A stretch of 64,000 nt of DNA from Microcoleus sp. (GTDB lineage: Bacteria; Cyanobacteriota; Cyanobacteriia; Cyanobacteriales; Microcoleaceae). This document shows, in pieces, positions 44,508-53,384 of this stretch. Under the pieces are notes generated by a model, which saw only the letters and a list, made by a program, of their open reading frames with translations, made no database searches and was not told the DNA's origin. The translations under genes and the position numbers were made by a program. Where the stretch lies: positions 1,024,001-1,088,000 of the forward strand of contig CP181291.1 of assembly GCA_052279835.1 (NCBI GenBank), given 5' to 3'. Each line of letters opens with the position of its first letter. The stretch's first letter is position 1.

Positions 44508-44954
44508 ATGGCAAAACTTTACTATCGTGGGATGGCGGAGCTAAATGGTAAGCCAAAAATAGGTCGCAATGCTAGATTATTAGGGGTTAGACCTGGTATT
44601 GACATAGATATTGAACAAATGCCGACAGGTTATCTAAATGACCAAGGCTATTTGTTAGCAGATTCAGAACGTGTGTTTCGAGGAGAGCTTGTTGTTGTTG
44701 AAGTCAGGAATACAAAAGGAATGTCCGTTTCCCTTTCAATTGAAAGTTTACCAGCTTTTCGCAGACCTGCAAAATTTGGTGGAACTGGAAAAGACCCCCT
44801 ATGGCAAATTGATGACAGAAACATTATAGGAGATTTGCAGGCTGTCCAAGATAGCCCCACCCACGTTAGCATCTTGCCAAGAGCTACAATGTCTCTGGAA
44901 AGGTATGAGGCTGCATTGGCAAATACCCAAAATGATTGGGAAAGAGTTGATTAA
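44508..44954 (+). CDS. Putative Tse2-like ADP-ribosyltransferase-fold toxin
   Basis: YYRGM...LGVRPG.DI...GMSVS...H.SI.P...M....Y..AL pattern, recalled for the Tse2/ADPRT-like family; not verified by HMM. Confidence 0.55.
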   Translation: MAKLYYRGMAELNGKPKIGRNARLLGVRPGIDIDIEQMPTGYLNDQGYLLADSERVFRGELVVVEVRNTKGMSVSLSIESLPAFRRPAKFGGTGKDPLWQIDDRNIIGDLQAVQDSPTHVSILPRATMSLERYEAALANTQNDWERVD

Positions 44955-44981
44955 CTTTATATATCATAGGAGTCTATAACA

Positions 44982-45509
44982 ATGGCGTGGATATTCAGTT
45001 TATCGGCAGAGTGTGGCTCTGATGAAGCCAAGGTTAATAAATTTGCTGAACACTTTGAGGGCATAAAATGGATGCTCTCAAATAATCGCCAATGTCTATG
45101 TCGAACAGATACTTTTCAAGATATGGAGCAAAATTGGTGGTGTCGTGTTTATCCCAATAATATTAGTGAAGTGGGAATAGATAGCCCTGAAAGTGCTTAT
45201 ATGATGACAGAGTTAGGTATTTTATTTTATCTAAATCTACGCTTTGCTCGTTGCTTTCGCTATGCTTTGGTTGGGGTTGAAGTTGATGAATTCAGAACCT
45301 ATAGTGAACTTATGGAGGATTTATCTAATTTATCTATTCCGGGATTAGTTTTGGCAAAGGAACTTACTCATGGGCTAGAAATATTACCAGTTTTTCGAGA
45401 GTTTAGTCCTAGTTATATATGGCAACCATACGAGGGGGAAGTCTATAATCCATTAATGGCATCCCCAGAGTTGAAAAATAAGCTAAATGAGCTTCTGGCT
45501 GTGAGTTAA
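44982..45509 (+). CDS. Hypothetical protein (putative immunity partner)
   Basis: Co-oriented, 27 bp after the toxin-like gene; acidic; FRYALVGVEV motif. Confidence 0.65.
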   Translation: MAWIFSLSAECGSDEAKVNKFAEHFEGIKWMLSNNRQCLCRTDTFQDMEQNWWCRVYPNNISEVGIDSPESAYMMTELGILFYLNLRFARCFRYALVGVEVDEFRTYSELMEDLSNLSIPGLVLAKELTHGLEILPVFREFSPSYIWQPYEGEVYNPLMASPELKNKLNELLAVS

Positions 45510-45740
45510 ATATACTTTGAGGAGGAGGGAGTTTAGGTAAGTAAAAAGCCGATCGAGTTCGTTGATGGCGGTGAGTTCGTCTTGTTCTTCAGCGGTTAGG
45601 TCATTGATTTTATTTTTTTCCAGAAGGGTTTCTAAATGGAGTTGAAGTCGATCGGTAAATTTGAACAAAGGGCGATTATTGACTGTTTCGACTTTAATTC
45701 CGGTTTCAATCAGCGAGGGAGGTTGAATGACAACTTGCAT
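45483..45740 (-). CDS. Small antitoxin-like protein
   Basis: LETLLEKNK...LTAEEQDEL...ELDRLFTYLN, a type usually found ahead of HNH-type partners; no partner present here. Confidence 0.6.
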   Translation of the reverse strand: MQVVIQPPSLIETGIKVETVNNRPLFKFTDRLQLHLETLLEKNKINDLTAEEQDELTAINELDRLFTYLNSLLLKVYLTHSQKLI

Positions 45741-45813
45741 AATAATTTGATTTTGATGAATTGTTTGTCATGTTTAAGCCTTGTCCATATTTTATCTCAA
45801 ATTACGGGAGGCC

Positions 45814-45878
45814 AGAAACCGGGTTTTTCCCTTGAATACTCGTCACACCTCACAGAAACTGCTAAAAACCCGGTTTCT
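45814..45878. repeat. Palindromic REP-like repeat, family A
   Basis: Same arms as 37489 and 38892. Confidence 0.9.
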
Positions 45879-45956
45879 TTGATATTTACACGATCGCCCT
45901 TCAAGACACAAAAGTCGATCGCACTTAACATCAAAAAGTGCGATCGCCCTTAAAGA

Positions 45957-46190
45957 CTATTCTTTCCAGTAACGAGTTAAAATCCGCATCACCTCACCCG
46001 CTAGAGGCGAAGGTAAAGGCGGGCTCCATTCCCCAACTTGTGCAAAACCCAAAACGTGCAGCAGATTAACAATGCTTTCTACCGCTTTGGGAACCCCGCA
46101 AATGAGCAAACGAATCGGTTGTTTCCCTTGAGGTACGTCGGGAATTTCTTCCCGGAGCAGTTCGGGAACAGATTTTGGCTGTGATATCAT
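45957..46190 (-). CDS. 77-aa hypothetical protein, copy 1
   Basis: 73/77 aa identical to 46950-47183; RBS AGGAG upstream. Confidence 0.75.
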   Translation of the reverse strand: MISQPKSVPELLREEIPDVPQGKQPIRLLICGVPKAVESIVNLLHVLGFAQVGEWSPPLPSPLAGEVMRILTRYWKE

Positions 46191-46386
46191 AGGTATTTCT
46201 CCTGAATATGGGAGTTCAAGCCCCCACCGAACGATCGCGAGTCTGAGCGGTGGGGGCTTGGTTTTTGTTTGTTAGATTAGTATAGCATAAGCTAGATTGC
46301 GGTGTGCTACTTTAGCTCAAAAAAATCTAAAAAATTTGCAGTCAGCTAAAATGACATGATGAACACGCTACCCCCAAACAATGTGA

Positions 46387-46563
46387 GTCCCTGCAAAATC
46401 TCCTAGAGTTGCTTTTTACCCCCCGCCTGAAGTTAAGGAGAAGTTAGAGAAACTGGCGAGTATTGAGCGTCGTTCGATTTCCCAAATGGCACTACTTTTG
46501 GTGGAGGAAGGGCTCGAAAGAGCGCAGAAGGAAGGTAAGTTCAATGAATCCAAAGACGATTAA
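46387..46563 (+). CDS. Ribbon-helix-helix (CopG/Arc-like) protein, start codon defective
   Basis: Manual translation VPAKSPRVAFYPPPEVKEKLEKLASIERRSISQMALLLVEEGL; preceded in frame by ATG-TGA, so pseudogene or sequencing error. Confidence 0.6.
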   Translation, partial: VPAKSPRVAFYPPPEVKEKLEKLASIERRSISQMALLLVEEGLERAQKEGKFNESKDD

Positions 46564-46679
46564 GCTGCTAACTTTGTCTTCACCGCTGGTGGTCGATGCC
46601 TGCGTGTCCTGCCGTATACTTTGTTTTGCACGGTGATGCGGTACGATACAATAAGGCAGTAAAAGCACAAATCACAGCC

Positions 46680-46889
46680 TTGCCAGCAAAACTCCCCAGA
46701 ATAGTTGTATATCTTCCAGAAGAACTGAAAGCAGACCTAGAGCGGTTAGCTAAATCGCATCATCGACCGGTCTCTAATATGGTGTTGACATTAATTCAAG
46801 AAGCAGTAGATGAGGCTAAATCTGAGGGGAGAATTCAAAGCGAAGATCGATCGCACCTACAGAAAAGCGACAGCAACGAACAAGACTGA
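46680..46889 (+). CDS. Ribbon-helix-helix (CopG/Arc-like) protein
   Basis: PAKLPRIVVYLPEELKADLERLAKSHHRPVSNMVLTLIQEAV; TTG start at 46680 assumed. Confidence 0.75.
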   Translation: MPAKLPRIVVYLPEELKADLERLAKSHHRPVSNMVLTLIQEAVDEAKSEGRIQSEDRSHLQKSDSNEQD

Positions 46890-46949
46890 TTTTGGATTAA
46901 AACAAGGGCGATCGCACTTAACATCAAAAAGTGCGATCGCCCTTAAAGA

Positions 46950-47183
46950 CTATTCTTTCCAGTAACGAGTTAAAATCCGAATCACCTCACCCGCTAGAGG
47001 CGATGGTAAAGGCGGGCTCCATTCCCCAACTTGCGCAAAACCCAAAACGTGCAGCAGATTAACGATGCTGTCTACCCCTTTGGGAACGCCGCACAACAGC
47101 AAACGAATCGGTTGTTTGCCTTGAGGTACATCAGGAATTTCTTCCCGGAGCAGTTCGGGAACTGATTTTGGTTGTGATATCAT
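46950..47183 (-). CDS. 77-aa hypothetical protein, copy 2
   Basis: Paralog of 45957-46190. Confidence 0.75.
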   Translation of the reverse strand: MISQPKSVPELLREEIPDVPQGKQPIRLLLCGVPKGVDSIVNLLHVLGFAQVGEWSPPLPSPLAGEVIRILTRYWKE

Positions 47184-47406
47184 AGGGTTTGAACTACAGA
47201 AGTAGTGGAATTGCGATCGCCCTTAAGTTTTCGACGACAGGGGGCGATCGCTTTTCCGTTTGTACATCCTGAGTCTAGTTCATTTTGCGCATTTAGTCAA
47301 CTGTTCCAGATAAATAATTTACCGGAGCGGTTAACTGAGGAAAAGTTAAGGTTGCAAAATGCTAACATCAGCTTGCAATATCATGGCCAGCAGTTGAGCG
47401 TCAGCA

Positions 47407-47631
47407 GTGATCCGTTGGAAATTGGCAGTTGTAATGGCCGAGCGTAATATCAGCAATAAAGAGTTGGCTGCTTTAATTGGAATGCACCCGACTTCCTTTT
47501 CTAGACTCAAAACCCGTCGCCGACTCACCCGAATCGACGAAGCAACCCTTAGCGCCTTGTGCAGGGCACTGAAATGTCAGCCGGGAGATTTAATGGTTTA
47601 TGAGGAGGACGAGCCCGATCGCTTAAAATGA
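47407..47631 (+). CDS. Cro/C1-type (XRE) HTH regulator
   Basis: IRWKLAVVMAERNISNKELA...LSALCRALKCQPGDL. Confidence 0.9.
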   Translation: MIRWKLAVVMAERNISNKELAALIGMHPTSFSRLKTRRRLTRIDEATLSALCRALKCQPGDLMVYEEDEPDRLK

Positions 47632-47680
47632 CATACTACCTACTGCTTACTCTTCGCCAGATGGATGTTTGCTTCTTGCT

Positions 47681-49144
47681 TTAGGGCGATCGGTCAAATT
47701 CACCAACCTGTTTTTGACCAGATGTCATAGCCAAAACCAAAACACTCAAAGTAATCCCCAAAACCGCATAACTCGGCAATGAAAAAACAGTTACTTTCAA
47801 CAAATAAGGCAATTCCCCACCCTTCCAATTCCACCGCTTTCCCAGAAACACCAACAACCCAGCATGAATCACCGCAGTTTGCACCAAAATACAGCCAACT
47901 CCCAATAACCAAACAGACATTCTCTTGCCAGAAAAGACACAATTTTTAATCTGAAAATACAAATCGTTCAGCAAAAAAACCACCGCCGGTGCTAACATCA
48001 CCGAACTCGTTGGCTGAGAATAGTTAATCGCAATACTCAAACAAGAAACCAACACCATTTCAGCTAAATCAATATTTTTTGACCAAGCATTGCGAGATTG
48101 TTTTCGGTAAAAATACCAACTTACTAAACCAACTAACACCAGAATAATTAAATCCGAAAATAGCTTAGCTAGAAATGGAATATCGGGGAAAAATCTCGGC
48201 CCCACAACCCTTAAATCGATGCGACTCATCGAAATATAAGGATTATTTGATGGATCGTTGAGCCACAGTGGAAATCCACGAATAGCATCCTGTAGAAATC
48301 CTGTTAAGGAATTACCGGATATCGCCAAACCGAACAGTGCTAGAGAAATTGCCGTAATTATCGAGACAAAAACTAGATAAAACCGTTTTTTGATGAAAAA
48401 ATAAGGAATAAATAATATAACTAAGGTTGGTTTAAAAAGGGCAATTCCCAATAAAATCCCTGCGGGTAAATCCCGATTATTTCGAGCTAAAATAAACATC
48501 CACAACAGCAGCATAGCAATAAAAGTTGCCACATTGCCAACTTGCAAATCGAAGACGAAACCGTAGAGAAATGCCACTGATATACTGCAAATAGTCCTGA
48601 AAGCTCGTGACTGCGACTCCAACAGGATATTCGCTCCCCATAAAACAAAACCTGTGGCGATCGGATGCAGCACAATCCAGATTGTGAATGCAGTCTTCAT
48701 CGGAAAGTAACCCAGAAACCAGATCGGAGGAATGATATTAGGTGGATAAACAAAAGATGGAATCAGCCCACACACCTTTGTGATTCGACAAAAACCTTGG
48801 TTAAATACTTCGACATTAAAAGGACTCAAGTGCTCGTGGGCTAATTTACTTGCTACATAAAACCACTTGAAATCCCAGTAAGGAGGGTCTGGTCGATTGG
48901 TCAAATCGTAAACTAACCAAATTGTATAACACAGCAATCTGGTGACAGCTAATATAAGGACAGCTTGGAAAATCCAGCTAACGATAGGTCGAGAACAAAA
49001 CTGACTAAACTTTTGGATGGCGGGAGCTTTTAAAAATAAAGAATTTTGCCATGCTGTTTTGTCGCGGTCTAATCGCCAATTATATTTGAGAAACCAAGCA
49101 ACTGTAATGATAATAACTAAATTCCACCATCCCAAGCTAATCAT
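47681..49144 (-). CDS. Glycosyltransferase family 87 (DUF2029)-like membrane protein
   Basis: DFKWFY, FVYPP, GNV, AGILLGIALFKP; multi-TM. Confidence 0.8.
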   Translation of the reverse strand: MISLGWWNLVIIITVAWFLKYNWRLDRDKTAWQNSLFLKAPAIQKFSQFCSRPIVSWIFQAVLILAVTRLLCYTIWLVYDLTNRPDPPYWDFKWFYVASKLAHEHLSPFNVEVFNQGFCRITKVCGLIPSFVYPPNIIPPIWFLGYFPMKTAFTIWIVLHPIATGFVLWGANILLESQSRAFRTICSISVAFLYGFVFDLQVGNVATFIAMLLLWMFILARNNRDLPAGILLGIALFKPTLVILFIPYFFIKKRFYLVFVSIITAISLALFGLAISGNSLTGFLQDAIRGFPLWLNDPSNNPYISMSRIDLRVVGPRFFPDIPFLAKLFSDLIILVLVGLVSWYFYRKQSRNAWSKNIDLAEMVLVSCLSIAINYSQPTSSVMLAPAVVFLLNDLYFQIKNCVFSGKRMSVWLLGVGCILVQTAVIHAGLLVFLGKRWNWKGGELPYLLKVTVFSLPSYAVLGITLSVLVLAMTSGQKQVGEFDRSP

Positions 49145-49393
49145 AGGAATTGACCTCCTATTTTAGGGTAACTTGTTTTTCCCCAAATAGCTGGTATTGC
49201 AACAATGTTTTACAATTAAATCCGTCCTTTTAGGAAGGGGGTTTCCACCCATTTTTGCGATCGGATTGGTGAAAATTTGGTATTTTAATCTTAATAGTTA
49301 GTAATTACCAACCTGGAATTAAATAAAAGATAGCTGTATGGTGGGCATCGTCCATACAGCTATCTTCTAGGCTATTGCTGTTAGTTCAACACC

Positions 49394-49933
49394 TTAGACA
49401 GCGATCGACATACTCATTTCATGACTGATTCTATCTAGCATCCGCTTCGCTTGACTGACATCCTCGTCGCTACCTGTCACCAGAATGATGAACTTGCCTG
49501 CTTGGATTTGAGTCTCGTACTTCAGTACCTCGTGCTTCGGGATTCCCAATCCTCCCAAAGCACCCGCCAGCCCTCCTACAGCAGCAGCACCAGCCCCGCC
49601 AACCAGCGTTCCTTCCAACCAACCCGCCAACACTCCAGCAATCGGGCCTGCAATGATGAGTGGGGTCATTCCGGGAATAAACAGGACTCCAGCCCCTGCT
49701 AAAATGCCAAATAAACCTCCTACGAAGCTACCCCAATAACCACCTCCTATGGCTCCAGCTTTGGCTGTATCTTTCCAGGTGAGAAATCCGCGCACCTGTT
49801 CAGTGGTGTGGTAGTCTTTGCCAATTATTGAGAGCTTTTGCACATCGAAGCCTTCTTTTTGCAGCTCCAATACAACCCTTTCTGCTTCTGCATGGGAGGG
49901 GAAATCAGCAACAATGGTATGTGTGTATGACAT
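49394..49933 (-). CDS. General stress protein (YflT/17M-like, glycine-zipper)
   Basis: AERVVLELQKEGF...LSIIGKD, Gly-rich TM, GIPKHEVLKYETQIQAGKF. Confidence 0.85.
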   Translation of the reverse strand: MSYTHTIVADFPSHAEAERVVLELQKEGFDVQKLSIIGKDYHTTEQVRGFLTWKDTAKAGAIGGGYWGSFVGGLFGILAGAGVLFIPGMTPLIIAGPIAGVLAGWLEGTLVGGAGAAAVGGLAGALGGLGIPKHEVLKYETQIQAGKFIILVTGSDEDVSQAKRMLDRISHEMSMSIAV

Positions 49934-50101
49934 GAGTTTTTTTTCCTTGATTATTTGTCCGCATGATGGACGAAACTTTTGATTCTTTGAGTTGTTTTTG
50001 ATGCTTTGGAAGACCTGTGCATCACAGGCTGACTGAGAATGCTGCAACATCTCAGGTCAATCTACTTCCCGACTAGCTTGCTTTAATCGTTTAATCCTGT
50101 C

Positions 50102-50527
50102 TTAATTCTCCGTATTTCCCGCAGCAGTTGTTGCGTCTAGTCTCGTGCAAATTGCTTTCAAAGTTGCTTCTTGAGCTTCTTCTAGGGTCGCCATTGCGAA
50201 TAAGATTGCTGTAGTGGCATAGTCCTCAGCTTTATCCGCTCGATGTTCTAGTTTCTTGACTTCCCGACTCGCTTTCCATTCCTCGACGTTCGACTTCACC
50301 TCAGATTCTTTTTCGTCAAATTGAGTTTTAAGCTTGGCCCGATACTCATCAAATTCTTGTTTCTTAGCTTCTAGATTTGTCTTCATTTCGTCGATTTTCG
50401 CTTGAAGCTCAGCTTGAGTGTTTTTAGTCGCAGATTCAACGCTTTCTTTTAGCGATTTTGCCCGGTTTTCAACGGCTTCTAAATTGTCATGAAGTTGTTG
50501 AGTGAAGTTGTCAATTGTCGTACTCAT
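50102..50527 (-). CDS. Hypothetical coiled-coil protein
   Basis: 141 aa, KLEHRADKAEDYA motif. Confidence 0.75.
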   Translation of the reverse strand: MSTTIDNFTQQLHDNLEAVENRAKSLKESVESATKNTQAELQAKIDEMKTNLEAKKQEFDEYRAKLKTQFDEKESEVKSNVEEWKASREVKKLEHRADKAEDYATTAILFAMATLEEAQEATLKAICTRLDATTAAGNTEN

Positions 50528-50847
50528 GATGATTTCTCTACTATGTAGAGTTTAGGCGAATTGTTGATAGTGTTATTAAATTGCTTTCCAGTCATCAAAC
50601 TCTTTGTTGTTAATTACCTCATCTACTCGATGGGTGAAAATATCAAATAGCTATTTGATACATTAATTATTTCACAATCTGTTTTTTTTACCATCTATCT
50701 TAGGTTTAAGATTAGAATATCTTGAGAGGTAGAGCGTCCCTAATTTTTCACAACATAAAGGCGTTATAGCGTTCCCGCGATGAGCAATCGGAAATCTTCT
50801 TTAATCCCGAAACTAAAAGCGAATTATGAACATTTATGCCACCCTAT

Positions 50848-51720
50848 TCACTCAGTAGCTATTTGGGGTTTTTCTCTACCAAATTGCCACAGCAAGATCG
50901 CACCCAAGCCGAATAGATTGACTAGGCAAACTACTAAGCCTCCGAAAAATGGAATTAGTGTTAGAACTGTCAAGATTGCCAAACCTATCAAGAACTGCTG
51001 CTGTAACGATCGATCGCCCTTACCGACTACACGTTGACCGACAAAAAGTGCCACACCTAACGATCCAACTAGAGCCGTCATCACCCCAGTCAGACTCAGG
51101 AGTGGAATCAGAGGAATACCAATGAGCGTCAGTGCTAAAAATACACCGGCAAAGACAAAGGAGACGATCGCCCCAATCCCCCATAGAGCAGTCAAACCGG
51201 GGTGTTCACGCAGTTTTGTCGCCAAAGAAGGTAGGAACTGAGGACTGGTATGCAAAATAATCAGTCCCAGAATAGCTGCTACTACTGCGGAACAAGCTCT
51301 AAAAATGGCACTGAAGAAATAGTGCACGAAAAAGCTACTTCTGCCTCGATCGGACCCATACATCATGCCATGTCGATCACTGAATGTAGCGCGTTCACCA
51401 CCAACTATCGCACCTGGTTCCTGTATAATTTTGCCACCAAAGGAGTAAGCATCACCCTCTACCCGCGCTCCTTGTTTCAGAAGGACATCCCCGCCAAAGG
51501 CGATCGCAGTATCCAAAACTTTGGCCTTAGAGGATACTGTAACATTCCCGCCAAAAGCAAGGGCATTTTCGACTACTTGGTTCTCTGGTACGGTGACGCT
51601 GCCACCAAAGCGAATCAGGTTAGTATTGTTGATATTGATATCAGTCTGCGCCAGGGCATTGCCTGCAAATATGAAGCAAATAGTGGCAATAAAAGCCAGA
51701 ATTAATTGTTGCCATTTCAT
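50848..51720 (-). CDS. Membrane protein with signal peptide and bactofilin-like beta-helix repeats
   Basis: FGGSV/FGGNV/FGGDV/FGGKI repeats followed by TM helices. Confidence 0.8.
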   Translation of the reverse strand: MKWQQLILAFIATICFIFAGNALAQTDININNTNLIRFGGSVTVPENQVVENALAFGGNVTVSSKAKVLDTAIAFGGDVLLKQGARVEGDAYSFGGKIIQEPGAIVGGERATFSDRHGMMYGSDRGRSSFFVHYFFSAIFRACSAVVAAILGLIILHTSPQFLPSLATKLREHPGLTALWGIGAIVSFVFAGVFLALTLIGIPLIPLLSLTGVMTALVGSLGVALFVGQRVVGKGDRSLQQQFLIGLAILTVLTLIPFFGGLVVCLVNLFGLGAILLWQFGREKPQIATE

Positions 51721-51778
51721 AGACTTCATCCTTAAAAATGAGCACAACATGGAGTATCTCTCATAATATTGAACAAAG

Positions 51779-51797
51779 ATGAAGAACCTGTGAAGAA
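51779..51797 (-). promoter_or_regulatory. Direct-repeat box CTTCAC-N5-CTTCAT (OmpR-family-like), copy 1
   Basis: Identical box at 53238-53256 within a duplicated promoter of about 100 bp; TATTAT -10-like hexamer 10 nt downstream. Confidence 0.6.
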
Positions 51798-51972
51798 TCT
51801 ATGAATTAGTTGGCTACTAATAAGCATCCCATTCCGAACTGAATATTCCCATAATCGAACCCAACAAGGCATCGCAGTCACCTTGTCCTTGAAACGTCAT
51901 CTTGATATAAATTTGTTTACTCATAATTGCCTCCAGTATTTTGATTTTGATATTTCTGGCGATCGCTCTCCC

Positions 51973-52821
51973 TCACGATGCAAACTCATAATTAATCTCT
52001 GTAATTCTTCCTTTAAAATAGAGCCTAGTGCCTTCTGGATGCTCCCATCCCACCTCGCCTTCTAAGGGAATCAGCATCCCATTCTGAACTGAATATTCCC
52101 AGAATCGACCGCACCAAGGCATCGCAGTCACCTTGTCGCGATAACGAGCCTGGGCCCGAATAGTAGCGATCGCCCCTTCAGCATTAAAAGTAAACACCAG
52201 GGACACAGTTGTTGTACCATCCGTCAGGGTGCCGCGTGCTGAGGTATCATCGATCGCCTCCCAGAGTACACCCTGACTGGGTAATAATGCAGTGGGATAC
52301 CAAGTAGCCTCAGCAAAGAATCGCAATAATTCACCTTGATTGTTTTCAGGCGCACCGTGCATTTTTGCAACGGTGAAAAGACCGAGTAATGATGCGTGTA
52401 AGCTGCCTTCTCCTAACAGATATGTATCATGGACAAAGGCATTAACTCCTGGAGCCATCTGGATGCGTGAATCCCAATCAAAACCCGGACGTTGAGCGAT
52501 CGCAATTTGAGTGGCGGTAAACGGCATCCACTTATCTTCCGTTTCACTCAAATTGAACTGTCCCTGCTGAGAGAGTTTAACCGCAGCCACGATGGGTTGT
52601 CCGTCCTTAATTACTGTCCGAAAAAATCGCTGTACGGGGGCTGGTAAGCCTTCAATTTCTTTTTGGTCGTAGATTGGGGGCTTAATTGTCCGCCGTCCAT
52701 CTGTTAATTTGGCTCGTAGGCGATCGGTATCTGACTGCCAGCGATAGCTCCCATAAATGGCAACAATTCCCAAGCTGACTACGATGAAAACACCAATAAT
52801 TGCAATCCAATTAATCCACAT
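51973..52821 (-). CDS. DUF6544/DUF6920-like protein with N-terminal TM
   Basis: LPAPVQRFF, PGFDW, GELLRFFAE..W.PTALLP, W..IDD..AR. Confidence 0.75.
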   Translation of the reverse strand: MWINWIAIIGVFIVVSLGIVAIYGSYRWQSDTDRLRAKLTDGRRTIKPPIYDQKEIEGLPAPVQRFFRTVIKDGQPIVAAVKLSQQGQFNLSETEDKWMPFTATQIAIAQRPGFDWDSRIQMAPGVNAFVHDTYLLGEGSLHASLLGLFTVAKMHGAPENNQGELLRFFAEATWYPTALLPSQGVLWEAIDDTSARGTLTDGTTTVSLVFTFNAEGAIATIRAQARYRDKVTAMPWCGRFWEYSVQNGMLIPLEGEVGWEHPEGTRLYFKGRITEINYEFAS

Positions 52822-52839
52822 GATACTTACCTATGTTTG

Positions 52840-53178
52840 TTAATTTAGAATTTGATACATTGTGACGATCGTAATGATTATTACAATAGTTGTATAGATT
52901 AAAAACGTATACTTAGATAGCCAATTAGGAAGATAAATCGCAAAATTGTCCATTGTTGAATTTGAATACTTGCGTGCAATCAGAGTTAAGGGACACACGA
53001 ATCTAAAGGTTAGTAAAATTACACCTTCGAGAGATACAAATCCATAACCAATCCAGAGCCAGAGATCGAGTTTATTGGCGATCGCGGCATAAAGCATATA
53101 GAAAATCACCAAATTGAAGAATACCCAGATGGCAGTGTGAATGATTTTAATCAGAGTCAATTTGGTTTCACTTTTCAT
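52840..53178 (-). CDS. Small membrane protein
   Basis: IKIIHTAIW...EG..L....CPLT..A......NF.IYLP.WL. Confidence 0.75.
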   Translation of the reverse strand: MKSETKLTLIKIIHTAIWVFFNLVIFYMLYAAIANKLDLWLWIGYGFVSLEGVILLTFRFVCPLTLIARKYSNSTMDNFAIYLPNWLSKYTFLIYTTIVIIITIVTMYQILN

Positions 53179-53237
53179 AAGACTTCATCCTCAAAAATGA
53201 AAAGCCCATGGAGTATCTCTCATAATATTCAACAAAG

Positions 53238-53256
53238 ATGAAGAACCTGTGAAGAA
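53238..53256 (-). promoter_or_regulatory. Direct-repeat box CTTCAC-N5-CTTCAT, copy 2
   Basis: See 51779-51797. Confidence 0.6.
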
Positions 53257-53290
53257 GGTATCGATTAGGTAGCTACTACAGAACTTACGC

Positions 53291-53358
53291 AAAAAACCCG
53301 GTTTCTTGGAAAAATCGTCGCTCTATCCGAGAGATATTGATGCAGAAACCGGGTTTTT
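53291..53358. repeat. Family A repeat variant (arms in swapped order)
   Basis: AAAACCCGGTTTCT...AGAAACCGGGTTTT; similar copy at 56972-57039. Confidence 0.85.
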
Positions 53359-53384
53359 GACCCCCTCGTGAGTCCAGGACTATA

